From the NCBI RefSeq assembly GCF_009914755.1, contig NC_060940.1: a stretch of 64,000 nucleotides of DNA. One strand, given 5' to 3'. Positions 28,084 through 42,130 of this stretch are shown here, in pieces. The DNA is from the human T2T-CHM13v2.0 reference genome, Homo sapiens. Numbering within the stretch: the stretch's first letter is position 1; the number at the start of each line of letters is the position of its first letter. The translations under genes were made by a program, and so were the position numbers. The notes beneath the pieces are model-generated. The model saw only the letters and a list, made by a program, of their open reading frames with translations, was not told where the DNA came from and made no database searches.

Positions 28084-28336
28084 ATGAGTATGCAAAGGCA
28101 TACAGAGTAATATAATGGGCTTTAGGCACTCAGAAGGGGAGGGTAGGTGGGGGGCCAGGGATAAAAAGCTACATGTTAGGTACAGTGTACACTACCTAGG
28201 TGATGAGTGCGCTAAAATATCAGAATTTACCACTGTATGATTCATCCAATTAGCCACATACCACTTGTACCCCAAAAGCTGCTGAAATAAAAATTTTTAA
28301 AAAGTCTATATAAAAGAGGAAAACAAAACCAAAACA
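28084..28336 (+). mobile_element. L1PB (PB4-like) 3' end
   Basis: atgcaaaggcatacagagt...ccacttgtaccccaaaagct; perfect 19-bp flanking repeat attgcttaaaatatatact (28065-28083 and 28337-28355). Confidence 0.88.
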
Positions 28337-28736
28337 ATTGCTTAAAATATATACTTATAGTCTTTATTTCCTCATTTCACATTTTTTCTTATCACTTAGT
28401 GTACTAAGAAAAACAGCCATCACCACTTAACATTGGGATCTAATGGACTATCATTATTTACTTAAAATATTTACATTTTTGTAAGTAATTTAAATAAGGA
28501 AGAATAAAGATAAAATGACTTTTTTTCAAAAATTATACTAAGCATTAAACATAGCAAATCCATTTGTATCAAATATGTTTTGATGTAAGCACTTCACAAA
28601 AAAGAATATTGTCACATGCTCTTTTAGCAAAAAGAAACGGTCAGGTTTTTGTCACAAAAAGTGTTTGATTTAAATTACTAAATGATAACACTATATCTCT
28701 TTTTTGTACTTAGAAGAATATTGTCCATACATTGAT

Positions 28737-28864
28737 TATTTATTTATAGAGTCAGAGTCTTGCTATGTTGCTTAGGCTTGTCTTGAACTTCTGGGCTCAA
28801 GCTGTCCTCCTGCGTTGGCCCCTCAAGGTGCTGGGATTAAACACATGAGCCGCTGTGCCTGGCC
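28737..28864 (-). mobile_element. FLAM_C / Alu left monomer
   Basis: gagtcttgctatgttgcttaggc...gagccgctgtgcctggcc. Confidence 0.9.
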
Positions 28865-29023
28865 CCACTGATTCTTGAATTTGAGAAAATTTATATGTAA
28901 GGTATCATGTGAAGGCTCATAGTCTGATACTTCATTTGTATAATCAATTTCATCATCATTTTAGAGTCTGGAGTGTTGCCATCCCTCTCTCTAGATTCAT
29001 TATCTCATTTTTCTAATAATTGT

Positions 29024-29077
29024 GGATTAGGTTTCAACTTACAAGTTTGAGGGGACACAAACATTTGGACCATAGCA
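29024..29077 (-). mobile_element. MLT1A/MST LTR terminal fragment
   Basis: ggattaggtttcaac...ggggacacaaacatttggaccatagca. Confidence 0.7.
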
Positions 29078-29727
29078 TGTCTTTTTGTTTTAGTCTTTTT
29101 TAAAAGAATACTTTGGAATAATTGATAAATAATGATAAAATAAATTCTGAAATAGCAAAATGTTTCAAGACATAGGAAAGAAAAAATTACGAAGATTCCA
29201 TCATGTGTTTTAGATTTATAAAAGAGTCCAGTGGATTCCTGTGCTAATTCAAGTTAAGTGAGTTTTATTCTATTAAGAAGTAGTACACTTTGTATTTTTG
29301 TGGAAGGCTTCTAAGAAAGAATAAAAATGATGTCAATCATCACAAACAGAACTGTTCAAAATCAAAGAAAAAAATGAAAATTGGATCCAATGGACCTTGA
29401 TTGCATATTGACGGTTAACCCACTCTTATCAAGCATTCTGCCTCACCTTGAACCCAGTGAAATAATCCTTTAAGGTCATTAAAACTTAAGTGTTGATAAA
29501 ACATGTAGTTAATTTTGAGTTCTCATTGTAGTGAGTCTGTTCAGGGTGCTACATTGCTGACTTCATGTCCCTCTTGAAATTGTATTCCGAGTGGCTTCTG
29601 TATGCTCACCTAGAAGTTTTCTATCTACTTCACCTCCTGCACCTTCTTAAGCTCCTGCTTCTGTTCATTTGGTCTTCTGAATACTGGAGAACCTATAGTC
29701 TCTGTCTTCAGCATTCCTCTCCTTATA

Positions 29728-30073
29728 TAGTCAGTCCTCTGTATCTATGGGTTCTGCATCCATGGATTCACTAACAACAGATTGAAAATGTTTGGAAAAA
29801 ATGAAAAATAACAGTACAATAAAAAATAGTACAAAAACAATGCAGAATAACAACTATTTATAAGGCATTTACATTGTATTAGGTATTTATATATAATCTT
29901 ATAACTATAGAGATAAAGTGTACAGGAGGATGTGTATAGGTTATATGCAAATACAATGTTATTTTACATAAGGGACTTGAGCGTCCATGGATTTTGGTAT
30001 CCATGATGGGAGTGGAGTTGAGGAATAGAGGGTGTCCTGGAACCAATTCCCCTTGAATACTGAAGAATGACTA
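29728..30073 (-). mobile_element. MER2 (TcMar-Tigger MITE)
   Basis: Degenerate TIRs with TA flanks; internal aggttatatgcaaatac...gggacttgagcgtccatggattttggtatcc. Confidence 0.9.
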
Positions 30074-31013
30074 TACTCTCTTTTTATAGATTATCTAATC
30101 CAATCCCATGTCTAGGTCAGTAAGTCTCCATCTGGATATACCATATTTTATATGGCTCACATTGAACTACTGCATATCCCTCCTCCAAACTGACATCCCC
30201 AGTCCCTGTGTTTTTGCTGTCTCAGCAAATAACATCACCATTTTCTGTTGCTGGGTCCAAACCTTGGTGAATCTTCATCCATGTTATTCAGTGCTAAGCT
30301 CAGACATCTCAATCTTCACAATTATATTTATGTAACTTTTTACTATCTTCTCTATAATAACTTTAGTCCACGCCACCATTACCAGTCACCTAGACTACTG
30401 CACCAGTCTTCTAAATACTTTCCAGTCTTGCTTTTCTGCAACTTAGTTTCCAATCAGCAGGCAGAGTTTTCTGAAGACATTCTTACAATACATTACTCTC
30501 CTGATTAAAACCATTTAAGTGCTTGCAATTGCAACCAGAATTAAATAAAAACTTGATAATCTAGCTCTTGCCTACAGCTCCTCTTCTTTCTACTCTTCCC
30601 ATTATTCTATTCTCCAGGCAAGCAGGCCTTCTTTCTGTTTCTCAAACACTCAAGAGAATAAGTTTTTAATTATGTTCCTCCCCCATGAAAGAAGAATACT
30701 ACAAAAGGCCATCTCTGTTTGCATCCATTTTCCCAGAATGATGAATACTCCATATCCTAGATCTGTAGTGAAACAAAATATCCTTGAACTGGTGGTTCCA
30801 TAGCACCATTTCTCTTCCATAGGGGGAAAACAGAATTTGGGGGTGGTATGGCCAGTTGTGGGTTATGTGCTAATTATCTTTATTCTAAATTAAAACAGGT
30901 ATGATATATAGAGTTAGAACTCAATAGGTGGCTGATAACATTCATTGTTGGTTATCAGAACCAGGGGCCTGCTCCTTCAAGAAGACTTGCCAGTAGGAAA
31001 AAATAAAATTTAT

Positions 31014-31367
31014 TGTATTCATCCGTTCTAACACTGCTAATAAGACATACCTGAGACTGGGTAATTTATAAAGAAAAAAGGTTTAATTGACTTACGGTTC
31101 CACATGGCTGGAGAAGCCTCAGGAAACTTACAATCATGGCAAAAGGGGAAGCAATCACGTCTTTCTTCACAAGGCGACAGCAGAGAGGAGAAAAACCCCT
31201 TACAAAACTATCACATCTCATGAGGACTCATTATGATGAGAACAGCGTGAGGGTAACCACCCCCATGATTCAATTACCTCCCAATGGGTCCCTCCCATGA
31301 CATGTGGGGATTATGAGAACTACAGTTTAAAATGAGATTTGGGTGGGGACACAGCCAAACCATGTAA
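31014..31367 (-). mobile_element. THE1D-like MaLR solo LTR
   Basis: cctgagactgggtaatttata...gagatttgggtggggacacagccaaaccat; 5-bp TSD tttat on both sides. Confidence 0.95.
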
Positions 31368-31399
31368 TTTATTATGTGTAATCAAAGTTTGAAATTTTG

Positions 31400-31652
31400 T
31401 TTTGGCCATGACATACACTAAGAAATGTATTTTACTTTATGGTCCAAATCATACATACATACAAACATATATAAGTGTATGAAGTTGAAAAAAAATTCAC
31501 ACAGCTATACTTACTCTTTCAACATGTAATGTTCTCTGACATTTTCTATGTGATTCTATTTTATTTCCATTAAAAATTGAATTATGGTTACACTAAATTG
31601 ATTTCATAACCCACCAATGAGTCACAGTCTAAGTTTAAAAACACGAACACTG
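31400..31652. mobile_element. MER119-like hAT-Charlie fragment
   Basis: cactaaattgatttcataacccaccaatgagtcacagtctaagtttaaaaacac terminal motif. Confidence 0.6.
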
Positions 31653-33374
31653 TTGTGTCCACAAGATACCATGACAACAACAAAGAAAAAAACGTCTAAA
31701 TCAGATGGGAGGGTCAAAAGGGGTTTATCAGAACACTTCCTAACTTCTGGGAAATAGAAGATGTCCACAATGTTGAAAATCAAATTTGGTGTATTTTCTC
31801 CGGTATCCTGAAAACAAATTTTCCAAAAGAAGTTGGAATGAGCCAGAGTGTATATAAGCAATAGAATAAATGAAAGAATAGGGGAGTTCAGGAAATAGCT
31901 CTAAAATACACATGCCACACTTAATTTCTATTAATTCACAATTTGTGACAAAGTCAAATTTCAATTTTCTGTCCCAGAAAGCATATGCCAAGTCTTTAAA
32001 CATTTGTTTACCATATATTTATGTAGTGCCTCTAAAATTCCTAGAACTATATTACTATTTACTTGCAGGAGTAATTATAATACTTAATATTTATATATTA
32101 CTGTTCTATAACCTTGAATATTGAGTACTACTGAAGTATTAAATCTGGGATATAAAGGCTAATCACAATAATGATGATAATGATAGTAATAGCTAGTATT
32201 TATCGAGTGCTTTCTACCCTCAACATCCAATTTAGAATGATCTCTAGTGAGCTTGAGTTACTATTGACTGTGGAATATAACTTTATGTGATTAGTTGTTC
32301 CACCTACATGTTGGAATTTCTTGCATTTAATAAGTTTTCTCTAAATGATGCTTGAAATAATCTAGTGGGAAAAAGCTAAAATACGGACTGAATTATTTTA
32401 ACAGTAAAGCTTATCCTAGGTGAAATAATGAACCAATTTTAATAGCCCCTTTATGGCAGTTTTAACTTTTCTGTCTTACACAGGTTTTGAGATGTTTAGT
32501 TTTATTTTTAAGTCTTTATTATGGTCTAGGAGAGTGGATTGATTTTCAATAATTGCTATAGCCCTCCTTCACATTCAAGTTACTCCCCACCTCTTTTTTT
32601 AAGGTCACTCTTTTTTTTTTTGTAAAGCTTCTCTTTAGGGAACACAGATTGAAAGCAATGTTATGGAGTCAGTTTTGTTTTCTTGACCACTGGAATGAGT
32701 TCTTTGTTGGAGAGCTGCTTCTAGGTATGAAGAAACCTCAGCAAAAATTCTTGGAGGCAGAGGCTGAGTCTTCAGGGCTGAGAACCACCCATACTCACGT
32801 CTCCCATGTGGAGGGATGCCATTTTGCATGAATGATGGCAAACAACAACAAGAAGAAACAAACAAAAACAGGCTTTCAGTGAGGAAAGCCTAGAGGAAGC
32901 CAGGTGGAGCAGATGAGACCAGGCTCAGAAGGGGAAAGAGGGGAGAGGAGGACTTGTGGACCCTCGGTTGAGAAGGGGAATTGGAGAAATACCTAAGGGG
33001 ATCTTAGGTTCTTTTCTGTGAATATTCTCTCAGGATACCATAAATTATACGTTGCCCAGTGATGCTTTCATGTATTTTCTTTCAGGGCAGCTTTAACGGG
33101 AAGAGGGTCTAGCCAACTCCTGATACCCAGGAGCAGTGCTAGTAATCTGGACTCACAGCAAGTAAAATGACCCCAAAGTCATCTTCTCCCTTTACCTACA
33201 TCAGAACTGAGTTCTTCCTTTTGAGACTGAGACAGATTACCTGTGATATGACCCCTGACAAGAGGGCTGTGCCTGCCATTCATTAATAGCTAGGAACTTG
33301 GGCCACTGGATTTTGTTTTGTCTTTCTTTTAATTCACCACCCTCCAGGTATCAAAGGGCCTGGCTTTAAAGTAG

Positions 33375-33540
33375 TTCAGCTTTGCCCTTACCAAATCATG
33401 TGGCCAGCCCTTTAAACTTCTTTATTTATCTTCAATAATTTGAGTGGAGGGGGTGATAATAATATCTTCCTGGAGTTTAAAAAATACTAAGTTTAAAATG
33501 CATGACAAGTACCCAGGTACATAGGAGTTATGTAACAAGA
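33375..33540 (+). mobile_element. MIR remnant
   Basis: cagctttgcccttacc...gtgataataatatcttcc...gtacccaggtacatagga. Confidence 0.5.
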
Positions 33541-33704
33541 TTCCCTTCCCACTCATCCATCATTCTGCATCTAGCAGGTTCCATGAGAGAAAGAATTTCT
33601 TGACTCTCCATTGGAAAGATCTTGCCAGACTCGGAGGTCTCAGCTGCTATGTGAATGGTAGTTTTCCCTCTGCTCTTACTATTTTTAAAGCACCCATGGG
33701 ATGC

Positions 33705-34200
33705 CATAGTGTGTATTTGTTGTCTATATAACCACCCCTCTCTTTTCTAAGAGTACCCAGAGTTTCTTTCTAGATTGTCTACAGTGGCCTCCAAAACATT
33801 TTATCTGTTTCTGGGGAAGCTGACCGCATCCTCTGTTCTATTCCCTGGACACAGAGCTTGATAAAGAAGTAAAAATAGGGCTCAAGAAAATCCAGTCATG
33901 GTGAATCTCATGACTCTTTTCAAAATGCTGGTCCAGAGGCACTTTTCTAAATGGTGCAGTGTGTTGGCTATAAAGGCTACCATGAAGAAAACTAGTGCTG
34001 GGAAGAAGTTAGCACAGGGAGAGGTCAAAAGAAAGAGAACTGGAGATAAATAGAACCAAAGGTCTCCAAACTCTGTTCAAATCATGTCCTATGCCTACCA
34101 TGTCCATTCACTTTGGGTTACATGAGTCAATAAATTCCCTTTATTACTGGACACATTTGGGTTGTATTTTCTCTCCTTGAGGCAAAATAATCTTAAATGT
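33705..34200 (+). mobile_element. Ancient MaLR LTR (MLT1J/K/L-like)
   Basis: gttacatgagtcaataaattcccttta...tttgggttgtattttct 3' end. Confidence 0.55.
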
Positions 34201-35104
34201 CTTAGTTGCCACGAAGGGGTGTGTGTGGGTGATCTGTATTGTCACAAAAGGGGAGTATTAATTGTTATTCTCGCTGTAATTCTGACTGAAAGTAAAACCA
34301 TTCTAATGACAATGGTTTAGATGCATATAAAATAAAGTGATAAAGCGTAACTGGCGTCCTAGGAATAATCTTGGGTTTACTATAGTGGTTGAATTCAGCA
34401 AACATTAGGAGAACATACTATTTATTAATATTTTTAATGGAACAACAATCAGAAGGCTTAAATAACATAGAGCTTCTTATTGGTTGATAACAGAAAGACA
34501 TCTATTTCTATTCTTCTTATTATTATCATACCAGCATATTTAGGATTAATATTTACAGATTATAAGGATAACCATTTGTCATGATGAAATTTGGTTCAGC
34601 CAGTCTCCTTTACCTTTTTGTTTTTAATACTATTCCATAGAGTCACAAACCATGGATTCTAAGTAAATAAGTGCATAGAATTTACTAAACCTGACCTCTT
34701 TGGCATTACAGCCATTGTTGAAGATGTCATTCTGGTTTGTGAAAGTGATGCTGACTGGTGTATATTGAGCAGTTCAGTAGTATCAGCCAAATAGACATGC
34801 TGCTGAATTCATGAAATATCCATAGGTTGCACCAGGCAGCTGCACCTGCAGCACCATTTCTCTGGTCTACAGCTCAAATGCTTTTTTTCTTTTTTAAAGA
34901 AAACTTAACATTTAATTATTGAAATTGATCAAATTTATAATAATAAATTTGACAGAATTAAAATAGCACAACAAGACTTTTAATTTATCAAGAATTAGTG
35001 GTAATTAAAATAAGCTGAATTTCTAATGTTCAGGGCATTATATTCTAGATTGTACTTGGGGATCACTTTGCCTATATTTATACATAAGGTGATGTTCCGC
35101 CTTA

Positions 35105-38100
35105 ACTATTTTTAAATGTACAGATCAGTAGTGTTAACTATATGCATATGGTTGTACAACAGCCCTCTAGAACTTTTTGGTCTTGAAAAACTGAAACTAT
35201 ACAACCATTTAACAACTCCCTCCGGCCCTGACCTGGCCACATGCTCGGTCCTGACAATCAACTTTCTATTTTCTAAAAGTGTGACTACTTTAGATACCTC
35301 ATTTAAGTTGAATTGTGTAGTTTTGTCTTTTTTGTGAGTGGGTTATTTCACTTACATAACGTCCTCAAGTTTCTTCCATGTCGTAGCACATGACTAGATT
35401 TTCTTCTTTCTTACGGCTGAATAGTATTCCACTGTGTACATACATACATATATATGAAATACACACACACACACACACACACAAACACACACCCCACATG
35501 TTCTTTATTCATTCATCTATCAGTAGGCATTTAGGTTGCTTCCATCCCTTGGCTATTGTGAATAAAGCTGCAATAAACATAGGTGTGGAAATCTCTTCAC
35601 GATCCTGTTTTGAATTCTTTTGAATGTATACCCAGAAGTGAAATTACTGGATCAGATCATATGGGAATTCTATTTTTAATTTTTTGAGGAAGCTCCATGC
35701 TTTATTTTCTATGATGGCTGCATCATTTTAAATTCCCACCAGCAGTGCACAGAAGTTCTAATTTCTTCACATCCTCACCAACACTAGTTATTTTCTGTTA
35801 TTTATTTTTTTTGTTAGTGATATTTTAATGGTGTGAGGTGCTTTCTCATGTGGTTTTGATTTGCATTTCCGCAGTGATTAGTGACGTTGAGCATCTTTTT
35901 ACATGCTTGTTGGCCATTTGTATATCTTCTTTGTAGAAATGTCTATTCAAGTCCTTTGCCCATTTTAAAATTAGGTATTTGTTTTCTGCTATTGAATTGC
36001 AGGAGTCCTTTATAACTCTGGATATTAACACCTTATCAGATATATGTTTTGAAAAGTATTTTCTCCCATTCCATAGGTTGCCTTCTCACTCTGTTGACCG
36101 TTTCCTTGTGTAGATTTTTTTTTAGATTAGAAAGGTGTATTTATTTATTTATTTTTTATTATACTTTAAGTTCTAGGGTACATGTGCACAACATGCAGGT
36201 TTGTTACATATGTATACATGTGCCATGTTGGTGTGCTGCACCCATTAACTTGTCATTTACATTAGGTATTTCTCCTAATGTTATCCCTCCCCTCTCCCCC
36301 CGCCCCACAACAGGCCCTGGTGTGTGATGTTCCCCACCTTGTGTCCAAGTGTTCTCATTGTTCAATTCCCACCTATGAGTGAGAATATGCAGTGTTTGAT
36401 TTTCTGTCATTGAGATAGTTTGCTTAGAATGATGGTTTCCAGCTTCATCCATGTCCCTACAAAGGACATGAACTCATCCTTTTTTATGGCTGCATAGTAT
36501 TCCATAGTGTATATGTGCCACATTTTCTTAATCCAGTCTATCATTGATGGACATTTGGGTTGGTTCCAAGTCTTTGCTATTGTGAATAGTGCTGCAATAA
36601 ACATATGTGTGCATGTGTCTTTATAGCAGCATGATTTATAATCCTTTGGGTATATACCCAGTAATGGGATGGCTGGGTCAAATGGTATTTCTAGTTCTAG
36701 ATCCCTGAGGAATCGCCACACTGACTTCCACAATGGTTGAACTAGTTTACAGTCCTACCAACAGTGTAAAAGCGTTCCTATTTCTCTATATCCTCTCCAG
36801 CACCTGTGGTTTCCTGACTTTTGAATGATCGCCATTCTAACTGGTGTGAGATGGTATCTCATTGTGGTTTTGACTTGCATTTCTCTGATGGCCAGTGATG
36901 ATAATCATTTTTTCATGTGTCTATTGACTCCTTGTGCAGAAATGTTTAAGTTTGATGTAGTCCTATTTGCCTATTTCTGTTTTTGTTACCTGTGCTTTTG
37001 GTATTATATCCAAGATATCATTGCTATAAGCTTTTTCCCTATGTTTTCTTCTAAGAGTTTTGTAATTCTAGGTTTTCCATTGTGAGTTAAGTTTCATATG
37101 TGGTATAAGGTGAAGGTTAAACTGTATTTTTTTGCATGTAGATATACAATATACCCAGGACCATTTGTTAAAGGGAATGACTTGCTGTTGTCATTTTGTT
37201 AATTGTTTTCTGTCTTGAAGTTGTTTTCTTTCTTTTTTTCTGAATTGCCGCCTTTCTTTTTATTTCATTGATATTTTGTAGTAGCATGCTTTAATTCTTT
37301 TAAAGTTTTCTTTTGTGCATAATATATAGGTATTTTATTTGTGGTTACCATGGGGATTATATAAAACATCTTATAGATATAACCATCTATTTTAAACTGT
37401 AGCAACTTAACTTCAATCACATACAAAATTTGCTTCTTCAGATGCTCCCCCACCACTTTGTTATTGATGACAAAATTACATCTTTTATATTTTGAATCTA
37501 TCAATAAAATTTTATCATTATATTTTTTAAAGATAAAGGGTTTTAAATTCTGTACCAGAATTAAAAGTAATTTCTTCACCATTATTAAAGGACTGTAGGA
37601 TTTTGCATTTGTCTATATATTTATCTTTACCAAAGTGCTTTGTATTTCATATGCTTTTTGGTTATTGTCTCCTATTCCTTTGTTTCAACTTGAAGCACTT
37701 CCTTTAACAATTCTTGTAAGGCATGTGTGAGGGTGATGAACTGCTTCAGCTTTTGTTTGTCCAGGATGACCTTTATTTCACCTTCATTTTGAAGGAGAAT
37801 TTTTCCAGATATAGTATTCTTGGGAAGTTTTTGCTTTCAGCACTTTGACTGTTATCCCCTATTCTTCTGATCTCTAATGTTTCTGCTGTGAAATCTGCTG
37901 ATAATTTTATGGGAGCTCCCTTATATGTGATGGGTCACTTTTCTCTTACTGCTTTCATGATTCTCTCTTTGTCTTTGACTTTTGACAGTTTGATTATATG
38001 TCTCAGTGTGGGTCACTTTGTGTTTATCCTATTTTGTGTCCTTTGCTATTCTTGAGCTTAAATGTCCATTTCCTTCCTCAGATTTGGGAAAATTTTGGCT

Positions 38101-38720
38101 GCTATTTCTTAAATTTTCTATTCACCTTTCTTTCTTTTCTCCTATACTTCCATAATACATATATTGGTCCACTTTATGATATCCCATAAGTCTCCAAGGT
38201 TTTCTTCACTTTTCTTCATTATTACTTTTTTTCTGAATTACTTTTACTTGATTACCTAATAATTTCAAATGATCTGTCTTCAAGTTTGCTGATTCTTCCA
38301 CTTGATCATGTCTGCTGTTGAAATCCTCTAGTGAATTTTCCAATTCAGTTTATTGTACTCTTTATCTACAGACTTTCTGTTTGGTTCTTTTTTATAGTTT
38401 CTATATCTGTTGATATTCTCATTTTGTTTATGAATCTGTTTCCTTATTTTATTTAGTTGTCTCCTTGTGTTCTCTTGAAGCTCACTGAGCTTCTTTAAGA
38501 TTATTATTTTGGATTCCTTGTCAGGCAATTCATAGATCTCCATTTCTTTTTTGGTTGGTTTCTGGAGATTTAATTTATTGCATTGCTTGTGCCTTGTTTC
38601 TGTTTTTTTCTTTCTTTTGTGTGTGTGCCTTGTTATTTTATTTATTTTGTTGGCTGTTATTTATGCATTTGAGAAAATAGCCACCTCTCTTAGTTTTTAC
38701 AGACTAGCTTCATTCAGGTT
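35105..38720 (-). mobile_element. L1MB-like element: 3' UTR/ORF2 end (35105-37170) plus ORF1 region (37180-38720), interrupted by L1PA
   Basis: 3' end ctctagaactttttggtcttgaaaaactgaaact; ORF 35846..36031 is ORF2p-like; ORF 38328..38543 (MEIYELPDKESKIIILKKLSELQEN) is L1M ORF1p-like. Confidence 0.88.
36115..36928 (-). mobile_element. Young L1PA (PA4-6-like) 3' end nested in L1MB
   Basis: ORF 36407..36733 is the L1 ORF2p C-terminus (WKSVWRFLRDLELEIPFDPAIPLLGIYPKDYKSCCYKDTC...); TSD tccttgtg(t/c)aga. Confidence 0.96.
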
Positions 38721-38889
38721 AAGACCTTCACCAAGAAGTCTGGCTATAGATTCTTGGGACCTCACAAACTCTCATATAACCCTTCTACAGCTCTAGCATT
38801 TTACAATGATCAGTTAAGTTTTTATTAATGTTTTCCATTATATAATCAGAAGAGGTTTATTTAAGAAAAAGTTGCTAAATCTTGGTAAG

Positions 38890-39022
38890 AATAGATTCAT
38901 ACCTGAACATATCACAATCAAACTGTCAAAAGCCAGAAACAAAGACAGACTATGGAAAATAGTAAAATAAATGTGACTCATCATGTACTAAGGATCTTCA
39001 GTAAGATTATCAGCTGTTTTAT
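38890..39022 (+). mobile_element. L1M ORF1 fragment
   Basis: acctgaacatatcacaatcaaactgtcaaaagccagaaacaaagac...gtaagattatcagctg. Confidence 0.65.
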
Positions 39023-40639
39023 CATTATTTAATCCTCTAGTTTTAAAGATATATGCCTCTAACATATAGTAATATAAATAAATTTAATGACAAATGGACA
39101 CGGGAGAGCAGCATTTTTGGAGTGTTGCCGAGGTTGAAAATCATATTGTGTGAATTTTTTTACCACTTAATTTCTGTTTTTGAGAACATACATGTAGTAT
39201 TTGAAGGATGTCACTAATATGATGTACCACTGAGAACAACAGAAAACTGACAACTATAAAATAAAATGGGCAGGAGACCAGAAAGGATATATAGCAATTT
39301 CTTAAAATTCTTTTCTCAAAAATGGCCACAGAAGAAAGGAAGCACATGGAAAGAAGAAAGAAGATGAACGTGAAAATATAATCTGTATGTGAGATAAGGG
39401 TCAGAGAAAAATTTCAGAAAAAGGACTCTGAAGCTGAGCTCCAACAGTATTCATAAGTAAAGAACAACTAATTTGGATATATAGCACAGAGAATTGGAGG
39501 AAAAACGTAGTACGTTTGAGGATGAAAAAGTAAACTGAGAGACAGAAAAAAGAAAAGGAGAGAGAGCTCAGCTCAGTACTGTAACAACAGAACTATTGAA
39601 CAACTGAGAAAATAACAAAATACTAGGACATAGAAGATCCTGAAAGACCATTATTGACCACTAGTTACCTATTAACTGCCACCATGCCATCTTGTATATC
39701 AGTGTTAGATAGCTTGACCAATTTGCAGCAATTGTATCCATAATGATGGATTTAATTGCATGACCAAAAGAATTATCATTGCATTTGTTATTTTTTTAGA
39801 AATTAAGATGCCTTAAATCTTATAGAGTTCTGTGAACTTAGAAAGTAACAGTTCTATATACCTTTTCTATATTTCTTTCCATTTTTAAAAATTAAGCAAA
39901 TATCTTCAATGTTAATGCAAACACACATTTTACTCTACAACTCTACCTGTTTACAATTATGTTTTAGACATTTGGTTGTTTACATAATATTACAAAACCA
40001 AAGTACTTGGATTATTTTAATTCAGAATACATTTCCCTATTTTTAAATAATTTGACATTTATAGGATAATTACAATTCCAATATTCCATTCATTGTAACA
40101 TACATAAAGTAATTTAGTCTGACGCAGTTGCCTCTATCTTTTGAGACTTTATTGATTAAAAACCACACTCATTAAAAGGAAAGCTTATATGAATAAAGTG
40201 CACCTACAGGTTTTTACAGCAATATTTTATCATTTTGAATTTCTAAAAAAAGTATTACTCCTGCGTAATAACCTCTTTAGTGAAAAGATTCTCATTACTG
40301 CTTCATTTATGAAATAATGTTTAATATAGGCATCTTTCCATATATTGGCTCTGCTGCAATAGATTATTGCATCTTTCAAATGGTAGGAACCAAAGATTAA
40401 AGCTTTCCTTTACCTGCTTTTTTAGATTTTATAAAAGATTAGAGAAAAATGAAACTATAAGTCACTTTTGGGGTAAAATTGTGAAGCTAATTACCAATCT
40501 GTTTTTCTGTATGTAAAGTTCATGTCTAATTTTACCGGAAATGAGAATTGTAGCCTCTTGGAGAAAAAAATGTAACCATTCTGCATTTGGCTATATTCAT
40601 ATATTGCACTTATGAATTTTTTTGATATTACACAATGTC

Positions 40640-42130
40640 ACATAAATATATGATTAAAAAATTTTTTGAAGACATAAAAACATACCAAGCAAACCAAAAC
40701 TATGCCATTTTGCCTGAATGAAACGTTCAGTATTTTTAAAATATATTACATTTCTCTAAGTTAATGTATAAATTCAATGTGCTCCCAGTAAAATATCTAA
40801 CAGATTTCAAAAAGAATTTTACATGGCGTTTCATGAGAAGTGTCAGTGGTAAATTTGATTCCATTAAAATGAATAATATATAAATAAGCAGTCCAACAGT
40901 GTTAAATATAAATGACAACACAGGAAAAAACGTTTTTTACTCTGTGTAACAGATGAAAGAGTAATACCCAGGATTTCCAAAGATAAACATTTGAAATATT
41001 TAAGAAGCATATTAATCCAATAAAGATGGACAAGGATAGGAAAAGGACAATTCACAAAAGATGAAACACCAAACTTCAATAAACATATATGCAAATTTCA
41101 GTCATGTATTCATTAGGGTTCTCCAGAGATACAGAACCAATGTAAATATATATATACATTTTATTATAAAGGAACAGGTTCATGTGACTGTGGAGGCGGA
41201 GAAATCCCACAATCCGTTATCTGCAAGCTGGAGATCTGGAAAAGCCAGTGATGTTTGTTGCAGGCCAAGTTTGAAGGCCTGAAAAGCACAAGCATTGTTA
41301 GTATAAGTTCCAGTCCAAGGGTAGCAGAAGAATGATGTCTCAACTCATGCAGTGAGAGAGAGAGAGAAGAGAGTGAGTAAAAAGAGAGAAGGAGAGAGAG
41401 AGAGAAAGAAAGAAAGAGAGAGAGATGAATTCAACCTTCTTCTGTTTTTTAGTTTTATTTGGGCCCCACATTGGAGAGGGCCATCTGTTTTATTCAGTCC
41501 ACCGATTCAAATGCTCATCTCTTCCAAAGCACCCTTATAGACACACTTGGAAATAATGTTTAACCAGATTACGTGGGCATTCTGTGACCCAGTCAAGTTG
41601 ACACATAAAACTAACCATCACATACATTTTATCACAGAAACTAGTTAAAATATTTTTTTCATCAGAGTGATAATTTAAAAATACATTGTCAATATCAAGT
41701 GTGGGTAAAAGTGTATGTCAGATATATGGAATCCTAGTGGGGGATATTAATTGGTATGGTTACTATGAAGGGGAATTTGATAGTATTTATTAAATTTTAA
41801 ATGTGCTTACTTTTTGACACTGCCATTATTCTCTATGATATTAGCCTGTATGTCCAGCGTTAGGGAATGAGAAAGTAATTAAGGAACAACAATATCGTTA
41901 TGACAATTTTATGTGATGTTAGGAAGGGTTCAAAAACATGACATCTGTCACATAGTGATTTGCAAGGTATATTATGATATGAAAAAACAATCTAAAAATA
42001 CCAACAAATATTGCATTAAGATAAAGAAAGCAAACTCAGCATAGGATGATGAGCGCATTCACAAATGCTACAGAATGTCTTGAAGGACATACATCACAGG
42101 GATAACAGTGGTTACCTAGATGGGAGACTG
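40640..42130 (+). mobile_element. Ancient L1ME fragments flanking MLT2
   Basis: ttaatgtataaattcaatgtgctcccagtaaaatatc, ggacaattcacaaaagatgaaa and taacagtggttacct. Confidence 0.55.
41105..41622 (-). mobile_element. MLT2 (ERVL) solo LTR containing a (GA)n tract at ~41353-41424
   Basis: tgtattcattagggttctccagagatacagaacc...cagtcaagttgacacataaaactaaccatcaca. Confidence 0.92.

Larger units (their letters stand above)
27795..30655 (+). mobile_element. Fragmented L2 (pieces ~27795-28065, 29420-29725, 30075-30655)
   Basis: ctaaggctaactcctttactagagctctggat; tctccatctggatatacc; cacctagactactgcaccagtcttcta; ttctttctgtttctcaaacac. Confidence 0.6.

Noticed and set aside
28400-29400. Possible hAT transposase remnant
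   Set aside because: Only a compositional impression; no motif I could verify.
36407-36733. 108-aa ORF matching the L1 ORF2p C-terminus (also 12752, 25019, 49357)
   Set aside because: Remnants of 5'-truncated L1s with no promoter or complete ORF.
37885-39022. Apparent inverted homology between 37885-38010 and 38890-39022
   Set aside because: Low identity; explained by two independent L1M ORF1 copies in opposite orientation.
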